Source: Vulcanimicrobiota bacterium (GTDB taxonomy: Bacteria > Vulcanimicrobiota > Vulcanimicrobiia > Eremiobacterales > Eremiobacteraceae). Taken from it: a DNA stretch of 64,000 nt. Within the stretch, counting starts at the first letter, position 1. Each line of letters opens with the position of its first letter. Shown here piece after piece: positions 43,714 through 55,234 of this stretch. The notes under the pieces were generated by a model that saw only the letters and a program-made list of their open reading frames with translations, had not been told where the DNA came from and made no database searches. The position numbers and the translations under genes were made by a program. The stretch is from assembly GCA_963812135.1 (NCBI GenBank), contig CAWETU010000001.1, positions 1,888,001 through 1,952,000 of the forward strand, in the 5' to 3' direction.

Positions 43714-45304
43714 TTACTTTGTCGATTCTGTCAACATCGTGTCGAGTTTGATCTCAAACGTCCGCCCCCATGGCAAGTACATCGAAGTCTGCGTCTGGCG
43801 CCAACCATCGGGAGCAAACGAATTGTCGAACAATTCGATCGCGAGCGGCCAGAGGCAGGCTGCGCATCTGCGATTCTGCGTCGGTGCTGTTCGCACCGAG
43901 CGCATAAGTGTCGTAGCCCTGCGCCCGCAGGTCGGCGTTGAGCCCCGGCCGCACGAGCAAGCGATAGGCATAGTCGTCGACGTATCGATCGAAAAGGAAA
44001 TTCTCACGCGCGGACGCCTCTTCGATGCCGAAGTGCTCCGCCAACGAAAAACACGCTGCCGCTGAGAGCGCAGTGCCAGTCGAGTTGGCGGTCGTGTTCC
44101 ACGACGCGTAGGCGACCGGGCGCGCCGCGACTCCCGCATCGCGCAAAGCTTCGAAGGTCATGCGCTCTTGAGGGATGTCGTCCGCGATGAACGTGAGATC
44201 GACGATCGCGACCCGATAACCCCTGCTCACCTCGTCGGTCAGCGAGCGCAGATACGGCCGAAGATCGTCGGGCGAAGCGGTGGGCACGATGACGTGAAGC
44301 TTCACATCCATAAGATAGCCAGTTGTCGGCAGGCCGAGCGCGCGCACGATGCCGGCGATGGTTTGCCCGACGGGTATGTCCTCGAGCGGATCTTGTACGC
44401 TTGGTCCCCGCGGGCTGGAATACTCGATCGAGATCGGTGGATGCCACGCGGCGGCGTCTTCGATGGCGCGGGTGACGCGCGACCATGCCCATCTCATCGG
44501 CGCCCGGAACTCAATAGCACGCGGTCATCGGCATGCAGCTGCGCGACCAGATCCGGCGAGCGCGACGCTGATCGGCGATTTGGAGCCCATCGGGCGCGCC
44601 GGCGTCGTCTTGGGTGATCGCCAACCAGTTGATGTCGCCTTGCGCCGCGAGCGTGATCAGCGCGGCATCGGTGTCGACGTCGCGGGCTCGGGCGCCGACG
44701 TAGTCCCAGTAGGCGGCGTCGGGGATCTTCGCGCGCCACGCCGCGAGCTGCGCGGTCTGCTCTGCGCTCGGATGCGCCGCACCCGCACTGCGCGCGCATA
44801 CGAGGCTAGCGCGTCGAGATATGGTTCGCTCTGCGGCGTCTCGGTCGGCGTCAGTCGCATGATCGTGCCGAACACGTAGATCGGCAACCGGGATGCAAAT
44901 CGTGAAAACGCGCCAGCGCTCGGATCCGGGCTTGTGCATCGGCGAGCGGCGTCGAGGCCGTGCGCGACGCCACGAGGCCTCCATACGCCAGCATGTCCGA
45001 CGAAACGACCAGCGCGCTCAGGCCTGTCGTGTCGAGATTGAGCAGCCAGCGACCCAACGCGTCCGCGTCACCCGGCTGCGTGAAATGTCCGAGCAGCTGC
45101 GACGGCGGCATCACGAGCTGCGCGCCGCAGATCGCGGCCGTCTGCTGCGGGAACTGCGCGGTGGCGGGTCGGTCGTCCATCGGGACGAACGCGACGCGGA
45201 TCGAAGGCGGGGACGCGTGGGTACGGTGGGCAGGCACACAAGAATGCGGCAAGCGCGGTCGCAACGGTCGAATAAATTCGACCGCTACTTACTTTGCGCG
45301 TCAG
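43714..45304 (-). CDS. DUF4127-like protein, probably secreted; several frameshifts, start uncertain
   Basis: VPMDDRPAT..P, SSDMLAYGGLVASR, FGTIMRL, QDDA, YASWNTTANSTG, DDYAY, LPWGRTFEI in successive frames. Family name is from recall. Confidence 0.7.
45265..45288 (-). repeat. REP-like palindrome copy 4
   Basis: Exact 24-mer; shares the flanking GCAA with copy 3. Confidence 0.85.
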
Positions 45305-46000
45305 ACGGAAAGGTAGCGTTGGATCAGACCCTGGTCTTCGCGCAGCTCGGCCGATTTCTTCGAAGCCACGATCCTGCCGTCCGAGAGCACGTGAGCCCGG
45401 TCGGATACTGCCAGCGCCACGCGTGCGTTCTGCTCGACGAGCAGCATCGTCATTCCCTCGCGCTTCATCTCGAGGATCGCGCTCTGGATCGCCTGAGCGA
45501 TCACGGGCGCCAATCCCTCGAGCGGTTCGTCAAGCAGAATGATCTCCGGGTTTTGGATCAGCGCGCGCGCGATCGTGAGCATCTGTTGCTCGCCGCCGGA
45601 CAGCGCTTTGCCGATGCTGGCCTCGCGTTCCTCGAGCCGCGGGAAGAACTCGAACACCCTCTTCTGGTCCCATGGCCCCTTTCGTCCGGCAAGAGTCGCG
45701 AGTTTCAGGTTCTCAAGAACGCTTAAGTTGGGGAAGATGCGACGTTCTTCGGGAACGTAGGCGACACCAAGACGCGCGATCGTGTAGGGTTTCAGTCCTG
45801 CGATGCTACGGCCGGCCAACGTGACGGAGCCGCTGCGCGGCGGCACGACACCCATAATGCTCTTCAGCGTCGTGCTGCGCCCCGAACCGTTGCGTCCGAT
45901 AAGGGCGACGACTTCACCGCGGTCCACATCGACCGAAACATCCTGCAGCACGTGGCTCTTGCCGTAATAGGTGTTGAGATCCGTGGGCTTCGAGAAACAT
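45301..46000 (-). CDS. livF: Branched-chain amino acid-type ABC transporter ATPase (LivF-like); N-terminal frameshift
   Basis: YYGKSHVLQ, GRNGSGRSTT, LSGGEQQML, LLDEP.EGLAP, VEQN. Confidence 0.85.
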
Positions 46001-46744
46001 CAGATGGCCGTGCCCAGATACGCTTGCTGCACAAGCTGTTGCCCTTGATCTCGGCCGGCGTGCCCTCCGCGATCTTGCGGCCGTTCTGCAGCACGGTGAT
46101 CTTGTTGGAGAGCGACATCACGAGATCCATGTCGTGCTCGATGAGCACGATGGTGTGCTGCTGGCTAAGGTCTTGCAGCATCTGCATCGTCTGCTTCGAT
46201 TCATCGAGCGACATACCGGCGGTTGGTTCGTCGAACAGCAACAGACTCGGGCTTGCGGCGATGACCAGGCCGATCTCGAGACGCTTTTCGTCGCCGTGCG
46301 AGAGCGTGGCCGCCTGGACGTCCTCAAAACGCGTTAAACCGACGCGTTCGATGATCGCGGCGGCCTTCTCATCGACTTCACCCAGCCATTTCGGCCGCAC
46401 GAAGATGCCGGGCGCATCGCCGTACGTGGCCTGCACGGCCACGCGCACGTTTTCGAAGACGCTAAGCCCCCGAAGATGTTGCTGATCTGGAATGATCTGC
46501 CGATGCCTTTGCGCGTGATGACGTGCGGCGGCAGTCCGGTGATGTCTTCGTCGCGGAAGAATATCTTGCCCGCGGTGGGCGCGAAATTACCCGTGAGCAT
46601 ATTGAAGAACGTCGTCTTGCCCGCACCGTTTGGGCCAATGATCGCGTGTATCGAGCCCTCCTCGACTGCGAAATCAATGCCATCGACGGCCTTCAATGAG
46701 TCGAAGTGCTTCGAGAGTCCTTCGGTGCGAAAGATGACGCTCAT
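46000..46744 (-). CDS. livG: ABC transporter ATPase (LivG-like); frameshifted
   Basis: GPNGAGKTT, GIGRSFQ, LSHG, FDEPTAGM, IEHDMD, AYLG. Confidence 0.85.
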
Positions 46745-47740
46745 GCGCGTTTCGCCCGCAGATTCTTCCATGCGCTCTCGGCAAGACCCCAGATGCCTTG
46801 CGGCGCGAAGAGCACGAATCCCACGAAGACGATGCCGATGTAACCCTCCCAGAACTGCGTGTAGTTGGACACGTATTGCTGCATGAACTTGAACAGGCCG
46901 GCCCCAAGCATCGGCCCCCAGAACGTCGGCGCACCGCCGAGCAGCGTCATCATGACGATGTTGCCGGATTCGGTCCAGTTCAGTCTGTCCTGGATCGACC
47001 GCGCCGTTATAGTAGCCGAGCAATACCCCAGCGACCGCCGGCAGGATAGCGGAGAGCACGAAGGCGTTGATCTTGTACCGCGTGACGTCATAGCCTAAAA
47101 ACTCGGCGCGCTGGCGGTTCTCGCGAATCGCGTGACAGACCGCGCCGAACGGCGAGTGGATGATCCGCCACATCAACACCGTGAGCACAAACGCGATGAC
47201 TGCGCAGAACGTGTAGAAGTGGAGTTCGTTGTTCATGTTCAGCGGATTGCCGGGCAGGATGTAGTGCGGACGGGGGATGCCCTGCAGTCCATCGTCGCCA
47301 CCGGTCACCGCATTCCAACGCTCGCCGACGAAGAGGAGCACCTGGCGACCGCGAGCATGATCATCGAGAAATAGATGCCGGTACTGCGCGGCACGATGAC
47401 CCGCGCGAGCACGAAGGCGAGCAGCATCGTCGCCCGCGAGCGCCATCAGTATCGCCGGCCAAAACGTCCAGCCATGGTTGAGCATCATGAACGCAGCGAT
47501 ATATCCGGCGATACCGACGAACGCGCGTGGCCGAATGAGAGTTCGCCCGTGTGGCCGTACAGCAGATTGAAGCCGAGCGCGATCAGACCGAAGATCACCA
47601 TGTCGTGGCGAGCGCGACGTTGCTCTTAAGCACGTGCTCCAAGACCCACGGGAGGACGAAGAGCACAACCGCCCAGGCGAGAGCGGTACCAGACCGTTCC
47701 AGCCGCTGCGCGATCGAACTGCTGGTCCGAGGGCGGCCAT
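46741..47740 (-). CDS. livM: ABC transporter permease (LivM-like); several frameshifts
   Basis: FNLLYGHTGELSFGH, TGGDDGL.GIPRP, SPFG....AIREN..RAEFLGY, LLGG..FWGP.LG. Confidence 0.82.
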
Positions 47741-48644
47741 CAGTCGAACAGCCCTTCCGTGCCGAACAAGCCGCGCGGACGAGCAACAGGACGAGCAGCA
47801 TGAATGCGAAGGGCACGATGTCTTCGGCGGACGAGCCACCGGGAATGAGTGCACAGTGAACTCCTGCAGCAGGCCGATGATCAAGCCGCCTACCACCGCG
47901 CCCCAAAACGAGCCGATGCCCCCCACGATCACCACGAGAAACGCGATGATGATATAGGTCGCGCCCATGTTCGGGTCTATGTTGTACAGCGGCGCTTCAA
48001 GCCCACCGGCCAGGCCGCCGAGCAGCGAGCCAAGTCCAAACACCACGGTGAACGTCAATGGCATGTTAATGCCTAGGATGCTGACCATCTGGCTGTCGCG
48101 GGTGCCGGCGCGGATGGTCAAGCCGAGATTCGTGCGGACCAACATCAGATAGACGAGGACGAGGACCACGAGGGTGACGAGCACGACGACGAGACGGAAG
48201 GTCGGATAATGAATGAAACCCAGATTGATCGAACCCGCCAACCAGCCACTGGGCGAGAGCGGTTGCGGCGTATCGCCCCAAATCTTGCGGATGATCTGGA
48301 CGAAGATCAAGAACACGCCGAAGGTGAACATGAGCACGTGTTCGGGCGGACGGCCGTACAACCGGCGGATAAAGCCGCTCTCCATCCCCATTCCGACTAT
48401 GGCCATGCAGAGGATCCGACGACGATGGCGGGGAACAGGCCGATTTTCGTCGAGGAGGGTGAACGTGATGTAGGCGCCCAGCGCGAAGAACGCGCCGTGT
48501 GAGAAATTCAGCACACCCATGAGGCCGAGGATGATGTTCAGGCCAAGCGCCAAGAGCACGTAGAGCATGCCGCGCGTCAGGCCGTCGAAGATCGTCTCTG
48601 CGATCTGATTGGGCAGGAGTCGAGTAGGCTATCGCCAGGGACAA
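47740..48644 (-). CDS. livH: ABC transporter permease (LivH-like); frameshifted, start approximate
   Basis: LLALGLNIILG..GVLNFSHG, T.LGL.IRA, VVIVGGIGSFWGA. Confidence 0.85.
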
Positions 48645-48746
48645 GACAGGGTATGCGTTCGTCGTCTTCTAGGTCTCCGCTATGCGAGAGGCGCCGGCGG
48701 TTTTCAGGCGCCGACGCCCCGTTACGTCGAAGGAGCCGGATACCTC

Positions 48747-50070
48747 CTACGCCTTGCCCTTCGGCGTGTAGTCCTCGCGGACGGGGACGGTCTGCGCGGC
48801 CAACTTCGCCGGCGCCGGGCTCTGGTCGCAGGGCTCGAGCGTCTGGCTGGCCGGCACGATCGATTGATCTTGAAGAACTGGTTCGGGTACTTCCACTGCG
48901 ATTTTGGAATCGCTTCGGTGACCAGCACGTCGAGCTCGTTCTGATGGTCGCACGCGCGGATATGACAGAACTTCGCTGTAGTCCGTTGAAAGTGAGGCCT
49001 TCCATCGCTTCACAAGACGCGTCGCGTCTGTCGTGCCGGCGCGCAAGATCCCGTGATCACCGCCTCGGCCGCGAGCCAGCCGAGATACATCCGCCAGTCG
49101 ACATACGGCGCGCCGGCTGCTCGGAGCTTCTTGACGAGGCTGCCGAGCCTTCGGTCGGATAATCGGGCGTCCACGGGGCGCCCCAAATCCCGAGGTTGTT
49201 CTCGACGCCGTAGCCGAGCGCGACCTCGACGCCATTGAGCGAACCGCCGACCTGCTTGAAGACCTTATCCAAGCCGAGCTGCATGTATTGCTTCATGCCG
49301 TTGACGAGATCACCGCCGTACCAGCTCAAGACGAGCACATCCGCGCCGCTGTTCTTGGCTTTGGTGAGCTGCGCGGTGAAGTCGCCTGAGTTCTTCGGAA
49401 ACGCGGTGAGTTCGTTGCCTAGGGACGTTCCGCCGTTGGCCTCAAGCACGCTCTGAAATCCTTCTTGGGCCGAATGACCGTACGCGTAGTCGGGCGTTAT
49501 GAAGAACCACTTTTTGCCGAATGGAAGGAGCGCTTTGGCCGTCGCGTTCGCGAGCATCGAGTTGGCGGCTGTGGTCCGGAAGCAGCACAGGCGCGCATTG
49601 GTTCCCGTGATGGTCGTGTCGTGCGTGCCGGCCGCGACATAGACGATGCCGATCCGCTGGGCAAGCGCTGAGACGGCCAGACCCACGTTCGAAGCCACTT
49701 CGCCGACCAGCACGTCGACTTTGTCCTGCTCGATGAGCTTCGTAACGTTGGCCCCGGCGATATTAACGTCTGCTGCCGTGTCGGCGTGGACCAGTTTGAT
49801 CTGTCGGCCAAGGACGCCGCCGCGCGCGTTCCACTCGTCGGCTGCGACCTTCGCGCCGAGGGACTGGCTGGCGCCGGAGACGGCATACACGCCGCTGCTT
49901 TCGTTGACGTCACCGATGAGGATCGGTGCGTTGTCGGCGACGGCGGCCGGCGCGTAGCCTAGCGTCGTCGCAACAGCTGCTCCGCTTGCGATCGCGGCTG
50001 CGCCCACACCTGCAGCGAGAAAATCTTTTCTGGAAAGCGAGGATCGGTCTTTTGGCTCGGATTCCGACAT
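48747..50070 (-). CDS. LivK-like ABC substrate-binding protein with Tat-like signal; frameshifted C-terminus
   Basis: SRKDFL signal, SGVYA..G, GGVLGRQI, DYAYGHS, DFTAQL; C-terminal pieces in other frames. Confidence 0.82.
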
Positions 50071-50217
50071 TGTCTTCCCCTTTGCGCCCATTTCGCAGCG
50101 ATACGGATGAACGCCGTCTGTTCAAGTGCGACAACGGCGTCGGTTTCTCGTGCGGCCACTACCGAAGGCTAGGGCCGGACTATTATGCCAGCTTTTTGCC
50201 GTCTCCTGTGGCTTTAG

Positions 50218-51285
50218 CTAGTCGGGGTGCATCGGCTGCGCGGGTATCGGGCCGGGCGCGGGCACAACTCCGCCGGGCCGGATGCCGCGCAGCATATCCG
50301 ACCACGCCCTGGCGATCGCCGGGTAGATGGTGGCGAGCGAGTGCGTACCGGCCGGTTGCTCGTAGTAGCCAGTGGGTATGCCGCGCTCGCGCAAGACGCG
50401 AGCCGCGAGCCGGACGTAGGCGTTGGGTATCACGTCGTCGTCGACGCCTGAAACCATGTAGACCGGCTTGCCCGCAAAGCTGGCGAACACCGCTTGTTCG
50501 TCCTCGTTGGTGGGTCCGCCGGCGATCGCCAAAAACCCGGCCCAGTCGCCAGGGCGCTGGGGACCGACCGAATACACGCCATACCCGCCCATCGAATATC
50601 CCGCGAGAAACGTGCGATGCGAGTCGATATTGAACGCCGCTTTGGCGGCGTCGAGCGTCGCGTAGATATCTTGTGGCGCAGGTTCGGCGTACTGGACGTC
50701 ACCGCGACCGTAGGGCGCGACGACGATCGCGCCGCTCGCGTCGGCGAGTTCCCGGAACCACTTGATCGCTAGGATGTCCATCTCGCTCTGCGTGCGCCCG
50801 TGCAAGAGGATGACCAGCGGCGCGGCTTTGTCTGCACGATATGACAGCGGCACGTAGATCGCCACCGGTTGCATCGTGCCGTCCGCCGGCGAGCGCACGA
50901 CGACTTCGTCGACGCCGCGGACCGCGGACCAGGGATGATACTGGCCGGTCGCTAGCTGATGGATCAGCGTCGCCGTCATGTCCGCTTCGAGTGCCATCGC
51001 CTGCGCGTACACTTCCGGCGTGATGCTTCTCGACGCCGGGATGTCATTCAACGTTCCGAAGTCCTCGTCGAGACGCGTCTCGATCATGACGGCCGAGCGC
51101 GATCGCTGATCGATCGCGCTGAAGTGAGTCATCAGCTCCTGGCGGGCGTCGCCGAGCTCTTTGCGGGCCAGCACGAGGGCCGTGGGGGTCACCCGCGGCG
51201 CCGGCGCGGGAGCCAGCGGTGGAGGTGTGGCCGTTGCCCCCGCCTGCGCGACGAGCGCGAGGGCGAGCGCGAGAGCGTGGGTCAT
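50218..51285 (-). CDS. Secreted alpha/beta-hydrolase (esterase/peptidase-like)
   Basis: Signal peptide, PLVILLHG, GYSMGG nucleophile elbow, G.DD.VI, GTH. Confidence 0.8.
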   Translation of the reverse strand: MTHALALALALVAQAGATATPPPLAPAPAPRVTPTALVLARKELGDARQELMTHFSAIDQRSRSAVMIETRLDEDFGTLNDIPASRSITPEVYAQAMALEADMTATLIHQLATGQYHPWSAVRGVDEVVVRSPADGTMQPVAIYVPLSYRADKAAPLVILLHGRTQSEMDILAIKWFRELADASGAIVVAPYGRGDVQYAEPAPQDIYATLDAAKAAFNIDSHRTFLAGYSMGGYGVYSVGPQRPGDWAGFLAIAGGPTNEDEQAVFASFAGKPVYMVSGVDDDVIPNAYVRLAARVLRERGIPTGYYEQPAGTHSLATIYPAIARAWSDMLRGIRPGGVVPAPGPIPAQPMHPD

Positions 51286-51428
51286 GAGGGTGCGTGATTC
51301 GACAGCGTCGAGCACCGGTCCCATGCGCCGAATTAGTGCCATCTTTTTGCAATGTCGCGATAATGAAACCTTAGCCGTCGAACGGTAGTATAGTCGGCGT
51401 CAGTAACAACACGGCGAAAAGGAGACAT

Positions 51429-51959
51429 ATGCATATGCTCGCAGGTTCCAAAGCCGGTGTCCGTCGCATTGCGGCTACCGCGATGACGCTCAGCGTTTGC
51501 GCAGCGCTGCTCGTCCACATCCCCGCCTCAGCTGCCGCAACATCTGTCCAGACGGTTGCCGATGCGGGCGGCGCGTGCGGCAGTCTCGAGATCGGCAGCA
51601 GCGCAAGCAAGGACGTCCTCGCCGCCGAGAATTGTTTCTCGAAAGCCTACACGAATTGCGATGCGGCGCTGATCTCGGTCGGTTACCACGGCGGTGATGC
51701 CGGCGTCTCGCGCACGTTCGAGACGATGCGCAACCAGAACAGCGACGCATGCCAGATCGCAGAAGTGGTCGACCACTACAAGGGATCGAACGTCGCGTCG
51801 AGCGATACGTATCTCTGCAACGACGTCAAGCAAGCCGGCGACGGCCTCACGTTCAAGGACTGTGGAGCCGAAGGCGACGTCTTCGTGCCGAGCGATCTCG
51901 GCTCGTCCAGCGCGAAGAAGCTGATGACGCTTGCGGACGCGTTCCGGCTCGCGACTTAA
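51429..51959 (+). CDS. Hypothetical secreted Cys-containing protein
   Basis: AAGGAG RBS, signal-like N-terminus, six Cys in the mature part, followed by a terminator. Confidence 0.7.
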   Translation: MHMLAGSKAGVRRIAATAMTLSVCAALLVHIPASAAATSVQTVADAGGACGSLEIGSSASKDVLAAENCFSKAYTNCDAALISVGYHGGDAGVSRTFETMRNQNSDACQIAEVVDHYKGSNVASSDTYLCNDVKQAGDGLTFKDCGAEGDVFVPSDLGSSSAKKLMTLADAFRLAT

Positions 51960-51980
51960 TCCACACAGGACGTACGACGG

Positions 51981-52014
51981 GAGAGGCGCTGAGGGAATCG
52001 GCGCCTTTTCATTT
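51981..52014 (+). terminator. Intrinsic terminator
   Basis: GAGAGGCGCTGA-GGGAA-TCGGCGCCTTTT followed by CATTT. Confidence 0.65.
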
Positions 52015-52030
52015 GAAGCCGCGCACCGCA

Positions 52031-52954
52031 ATGCGCGTCGTCAGCCTCCTGCCGAGCGCGACAGAGATCCTCTACGCGATCGGCGCCGGGGACGATGTCG
52101 TCGGCGTCACCCATGAGTGCGATTTCCCGCCGCGCGCGCGCAGCAAGCCGCGCTTGACCTCGAGCGCGCTGCCGGCGGTCGCGCGCGCGGCCGACATCGA
52201 CCGCCACGTGCGCGCGCACTTGCACGCCGGCTCGTCAATCTACACGCTGGATGCGGCGCTGCTCGAGCAACTGCGCCCAGACCTTATCGTCACCCAGGAA
52301 CTGTGTCCGGTGTGCGCGGTCTCGTACGAGACGGTCAGCCACGCGACGCGCCGTTTGCAGGGTGATCCGCGCCTCGTCTCGCTCGAACCGTCCAGTCTCG
52401 CGGACGTGTACGCGACGATCGAGTCGATCGGCGCGCTGACCGGCAAAGCCGGTGCGGCGGATGCTCTTGTTGCGCAGCTGCGCGATCGCGAAGGCGCGTT
52501 GCGCGCGCTGACGGCCGCTGGCCCTCGCCCGGCCACGCTCGTGCTCGAGTGGACGGATCCGCCGATGAGCGGCGGCCACTGGACGCCCGGACTCGTCGAG
52601 CTCGCGGGCGGGCGGGCGCTTCTCGCGCATCCCGGCGCGGATTCACAACGCTTGGACTGGGATGCGATCGCAAGCGCCGATCCCGACATCATCATCATCG
52701 CGCCGTGCGGCTTCGATCTAGCAGCGTCGCTGCGCGCCACTGGCGAGCTTGCCGATAATTCCGTGTGGAGCGGTCTGCGCGCCGTGCGAGCCGGTCGCGT
52801 GGCGGTCGTCGACGGCAACGCCTATGTCAATCGTCCTGGACCGCGCCTGCTGGACTCAGCGGAGATATTCGCAGCGGCGATCCATCCCGAGATCGCGCGC
52901 TCGCTGCCCGAATATCGTGACGGTTGGTCCTGGCTTTCCCTCGCGGCGCGCTAG
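52031..52954 (+). CDS. BtuF-like cobalamin/iron-siderophore binding family protein (no signal peptide)
   Basis: MRVVSLLPSATEIL, VGVTHECDFP, TQELCPVCAV, LEWTDP..GGHW, NRPGPRL. Confidence 0.8.
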   Translation: MRVVSLLPSATEILYAIGAGDDVVGVTHECDFPPRARSKPRLTSSALPAVARAADIDRHVRAHLHAGSSIYTLDAALLEQLRPDLIVTQELCPVCAVSYETVSHATRRLQGDPRLVSLEPSSLADVYATIESIGALTGKAGAADALVAQLRDREGALRALTAAGPRPATLVLEWTDPPMSGGHWTPGLVELAGGRALLAHPGADSQRLDWDAIASADPDIIIIAPCGFDLAASLRATGELADNSVWSGLRAVRAGRVAVVDGNAYVNRPGPRLLDSAEIFAAAIHPEIARSLPEYRDGWSWLSLAAR

Positions 52955-52958
52955 TCGT

Positions 52959-53858
52959 CTACGAGAGCGCGCGGCGCAGATCCCCGTCACAACGTTCGAG
53001 CAGCTCACTCGCTTCTTTTGGACTGCAGCGCCGGCGCAATACGACGACCGCCGGCTTGACGCCATACTCGCAGGCCTCCAGCGCCGCGCGCGCTTCTTCT
53101 TCTCCCCGCCCGGAAAGCAGCGCGACCATACGCACGGCGCGCGCACGCAGTTTTTCATTCGTCGCGGCGACGCCGACCATGAGGTTGCCATGGACGCGGC
53201 CGAGTTTGACCATGACCGCGGTGCTGATCGTCGCGAGCGCCATTTTTTGTGCAGAGGCCGCCTTCATGCGCGTCGAACCGGCCACCGCTTCGGCGCCGGT
53301 CAGCAGCGCTATCGGCACGTTCACCGCTTGCGCCAGCGGACTGCGCTGATCGTTGGTGATGCCAACAGTGAGCGCGCCGGCGCCGGCCGCTTCACGCATC
53401 GCGCCAAGCACGTACGGCGCGCGGCCGCTCGCTGACAGTCCGATTACAGCATCGGCCGAGCCGATGCGCGCCAAACGCACCTCCGCGCCGCCCGCCGCCG
53501 CGTCATCTTCAGCGCCTTCTACAGCGCGCGACATCGCGGCCGGGCCGCCGGCGATGTGCGCGACGACCAAGTCATCGGGGACCGAGAACGTCGGCGGCAT
53601 TTCGGCGGCGTCCGTCACGCCGATCCGTCCGCTCGTGCCCGCACCGAAATAGTGAAGCCGTCCACCGCGCGCGAGCCGGGCGGCGATCGCGTCGACCGCG
53701 GTGCCGATCGCGTCGAGCTCGCGCTCGACCGCCCACGCCGCGCGGCGGTCTTCGTCATTGATGCGATGCAGCAGCTCGTGCGTGTCGAGCCGATCGAGAT
53801 CCGCGGTCGACGGATTGATCTCTTCCGTCAGCGGCAGGTCGTGGCGATTCTCACTCAT
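52959..53858 (-). CDS. murQ: N-acetylmuramic acid 6-phosphate etherase
   Basis: TEEINP, GAGTSGRIG..DA.E.PPTF, EGAED, GSTRMKA..AQK, GNLMV.V.ATNEKL. Confidence 0.95.
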   Translation of the reverse strand: MSENRHDLPLTEEINPSTADLDRLDTHELLHRINDEDRRAAWAVERELDAIGTAVDAIAARLARGGRLHYFGAGTSGRIGVTDAAEMPPTFSVPDDLVVAHIAGGPAAMSRAVEGAEDDAAAGGAEVRLARIGSADAVIGLSASGRAPYVLGAMREAAGAGALTVGITNDQRSPLAQAVNVPIALLTGAEAVAGSTRMKAASAQKMALATISTAVMVKLGRVHGNLMVGVAATNEKLRARAVRMVALLSGRGEEEARAALEACEYGVKPAVVVLRRRCSPKEASELLERCDGDLRRALS

Positions 53859-54792
53859 GGCGTACGGTTTCGAGAGCGAGGCGCGCGGCGCCCAGCGCCG
53901 GCGAAACCGAAAGCAATGTGATATCGCATGGGCCGCGAGCCAGTAGGGTCGCACGCACCACGTCCGCCAGCGCGGGAACCACTTCGAAAACGCCGCCGGT
54001 GAACGCCACCGGCAAAGGCCGGGCGCCTTCGCGCACCTCGGCAGCCACCCTATTGGCAAGTCCCCCCAGCACCGCGCCGTGCTGTTCGACGATGCTGCGC
54101 GCGGCTTGGTCGCCCGATTCATATGCCGCGCCCACATGGATGGCGAGCCTTGAGATCTCCGCGACCCGCAGGTGCGCGTCGCGCAACCGCTCGTCGACAT
54201 CGACGGCGCTGCGCGCGTCGAAAGCGCTCGCGACGAACGTGGCCAGGTCTTGCTTGCGCTCGAGACCATCGAGCGCCGCCGACGTGTGCTCGAGCGCGCT
54301 CCGAGCGATCGCGTAGCCGCTGCCAGGATCGCCCACCCGTGCTCCCTTGCCGCCGGCGCGAGACGGCGTGCCGTCTCTGCGCTCGCCATAGACCAGTGAA
54401 CCAGTGCCGGCTATGACGACCATCGCAGGCCGATGCGGCGTTGAGGCTTCCAGCGCGATGCGGCCGTCGTGCACGATCGTCAAGGCGACGTTCGGGGGCA
54501 TCAAAGGGGCGACGATCGTGCGCAACGAGTCGATCTGAGTCTCGCCGCCGGCGCCGGCAGCGCCGATGCAGATCGCGCGCACGTCGCCGCGCTCGAGCAG
54601 CGGCGCGAGCACCGCCGCGAGGCTGCGTCCGACGGCTTCAGGGGTGTCGACGCGCAGATTTGCGCCGGCGCCGAGCGACCTGGCGACCTCGGCGCCGTTC
54701 GCGTCGACCAGAATCCCCTCGGTGTGGCTCGCGCCGGCATCGATGCCGATCGCGACGCCGCGACCCTCAATAGTCGACTTGGTCGGTGACAT
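53851..54792 (-). CDS. BadF/BadG/BcrA/BcrD-family sugar kinase (GlcNAc/MurNAc kinase-like)
   Basis: IGIDAGASHT, GAAGAG, IAGTGS, RAGG.G..VGDPGSGY, GGVF. Confidence 0.85.
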   Translation of the reverse strand: MSPTKSTIEGRGVAIGIDAGASHTEGILVDANGAEVARSLGAGANLRVDTPEAVGRSLAAVLAPLLERGDVRAICIGAAGAGGETQIDSLRTIVAPLMPPNVALTIVHDGRIALEASTPHRPAMVVIAGTGSLVYGERRDGTPSRAGGKGARVGDPGSGYAIARSALEHTSAALDGLERKQDLATFVASAFDARSAVDVDERLRDAHLRVAEISRLAIHVGAAYESGDQAARSIVEQHGAVLGGLANRVAAEVREGARPLPVAFTGGVFEVVPALADVVRATLLARGPCDITLLSVSPALGAARLALETVRHE

Positions 54793-55234
54793 GCACACTC
54801 GCGCCTTGATACGGAGCGTTCCAGTAGGTCACGGTCGCCGGAGTCTTCCCAATCACAAGATTCGCAGGCGGGAATGGATCGTGAACCCGTCGACCGTTCA
54901 TCCTTAACGGATACCCGACGAAGAAGTCCATCATCGTGCCCGCGTGCGTTCGAAGCACGACGTGACCTTGCTTCATTCCGATACCGTATTCTGCGACGAT
55001 GCCGCCGATGTGCCGGACTGATACACCGCGCGGCCGGCTCGGAAAGAAACCGATCTCGCCGGCGGGCAGCAGCCGTGGCACCCTCGTCTGAAGCGGCCCG
55101 ACGACCATCGGCCTCCCCGACGGCATGGACGTCGCCACCGCGACCGGTCCCGCATTCACGGGTGTCACTTCGCGATGCGAGGACGCGCACCCGGCGCACA
55201 ACACCACCGCACACATCGTGGTGAGCCATCTCAC
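54767..55234 (-). CDS. Hypothetical lipoprotein
   Basis: GTG start overlapping the anmK stop; lipobox-like LCAG-C after a hydrophobic stretch. Confidence 0.6.
   Translation of the reverse strand: MRWLTTMCAVVLCAGCASSHREVTPVNAGPVAVATSMPSGRPMVVGPLQTRVPRLLPAGEIGFFPSRPRGVSVRHIGGIVAEYGIGMKQGHVVLRTHAGTMMDFFVGYPLRMNGRRVHDPFPPANLVIGKTPATVTYWNAPYQGASVHVTDQVDY

Noticed and set aside
46334..48568. 744-aa LivH-LivM-LivG fusion
   Set aside because: It alternates real and nonsense segments because of indels; separate starts exist at 47740 and 46744.
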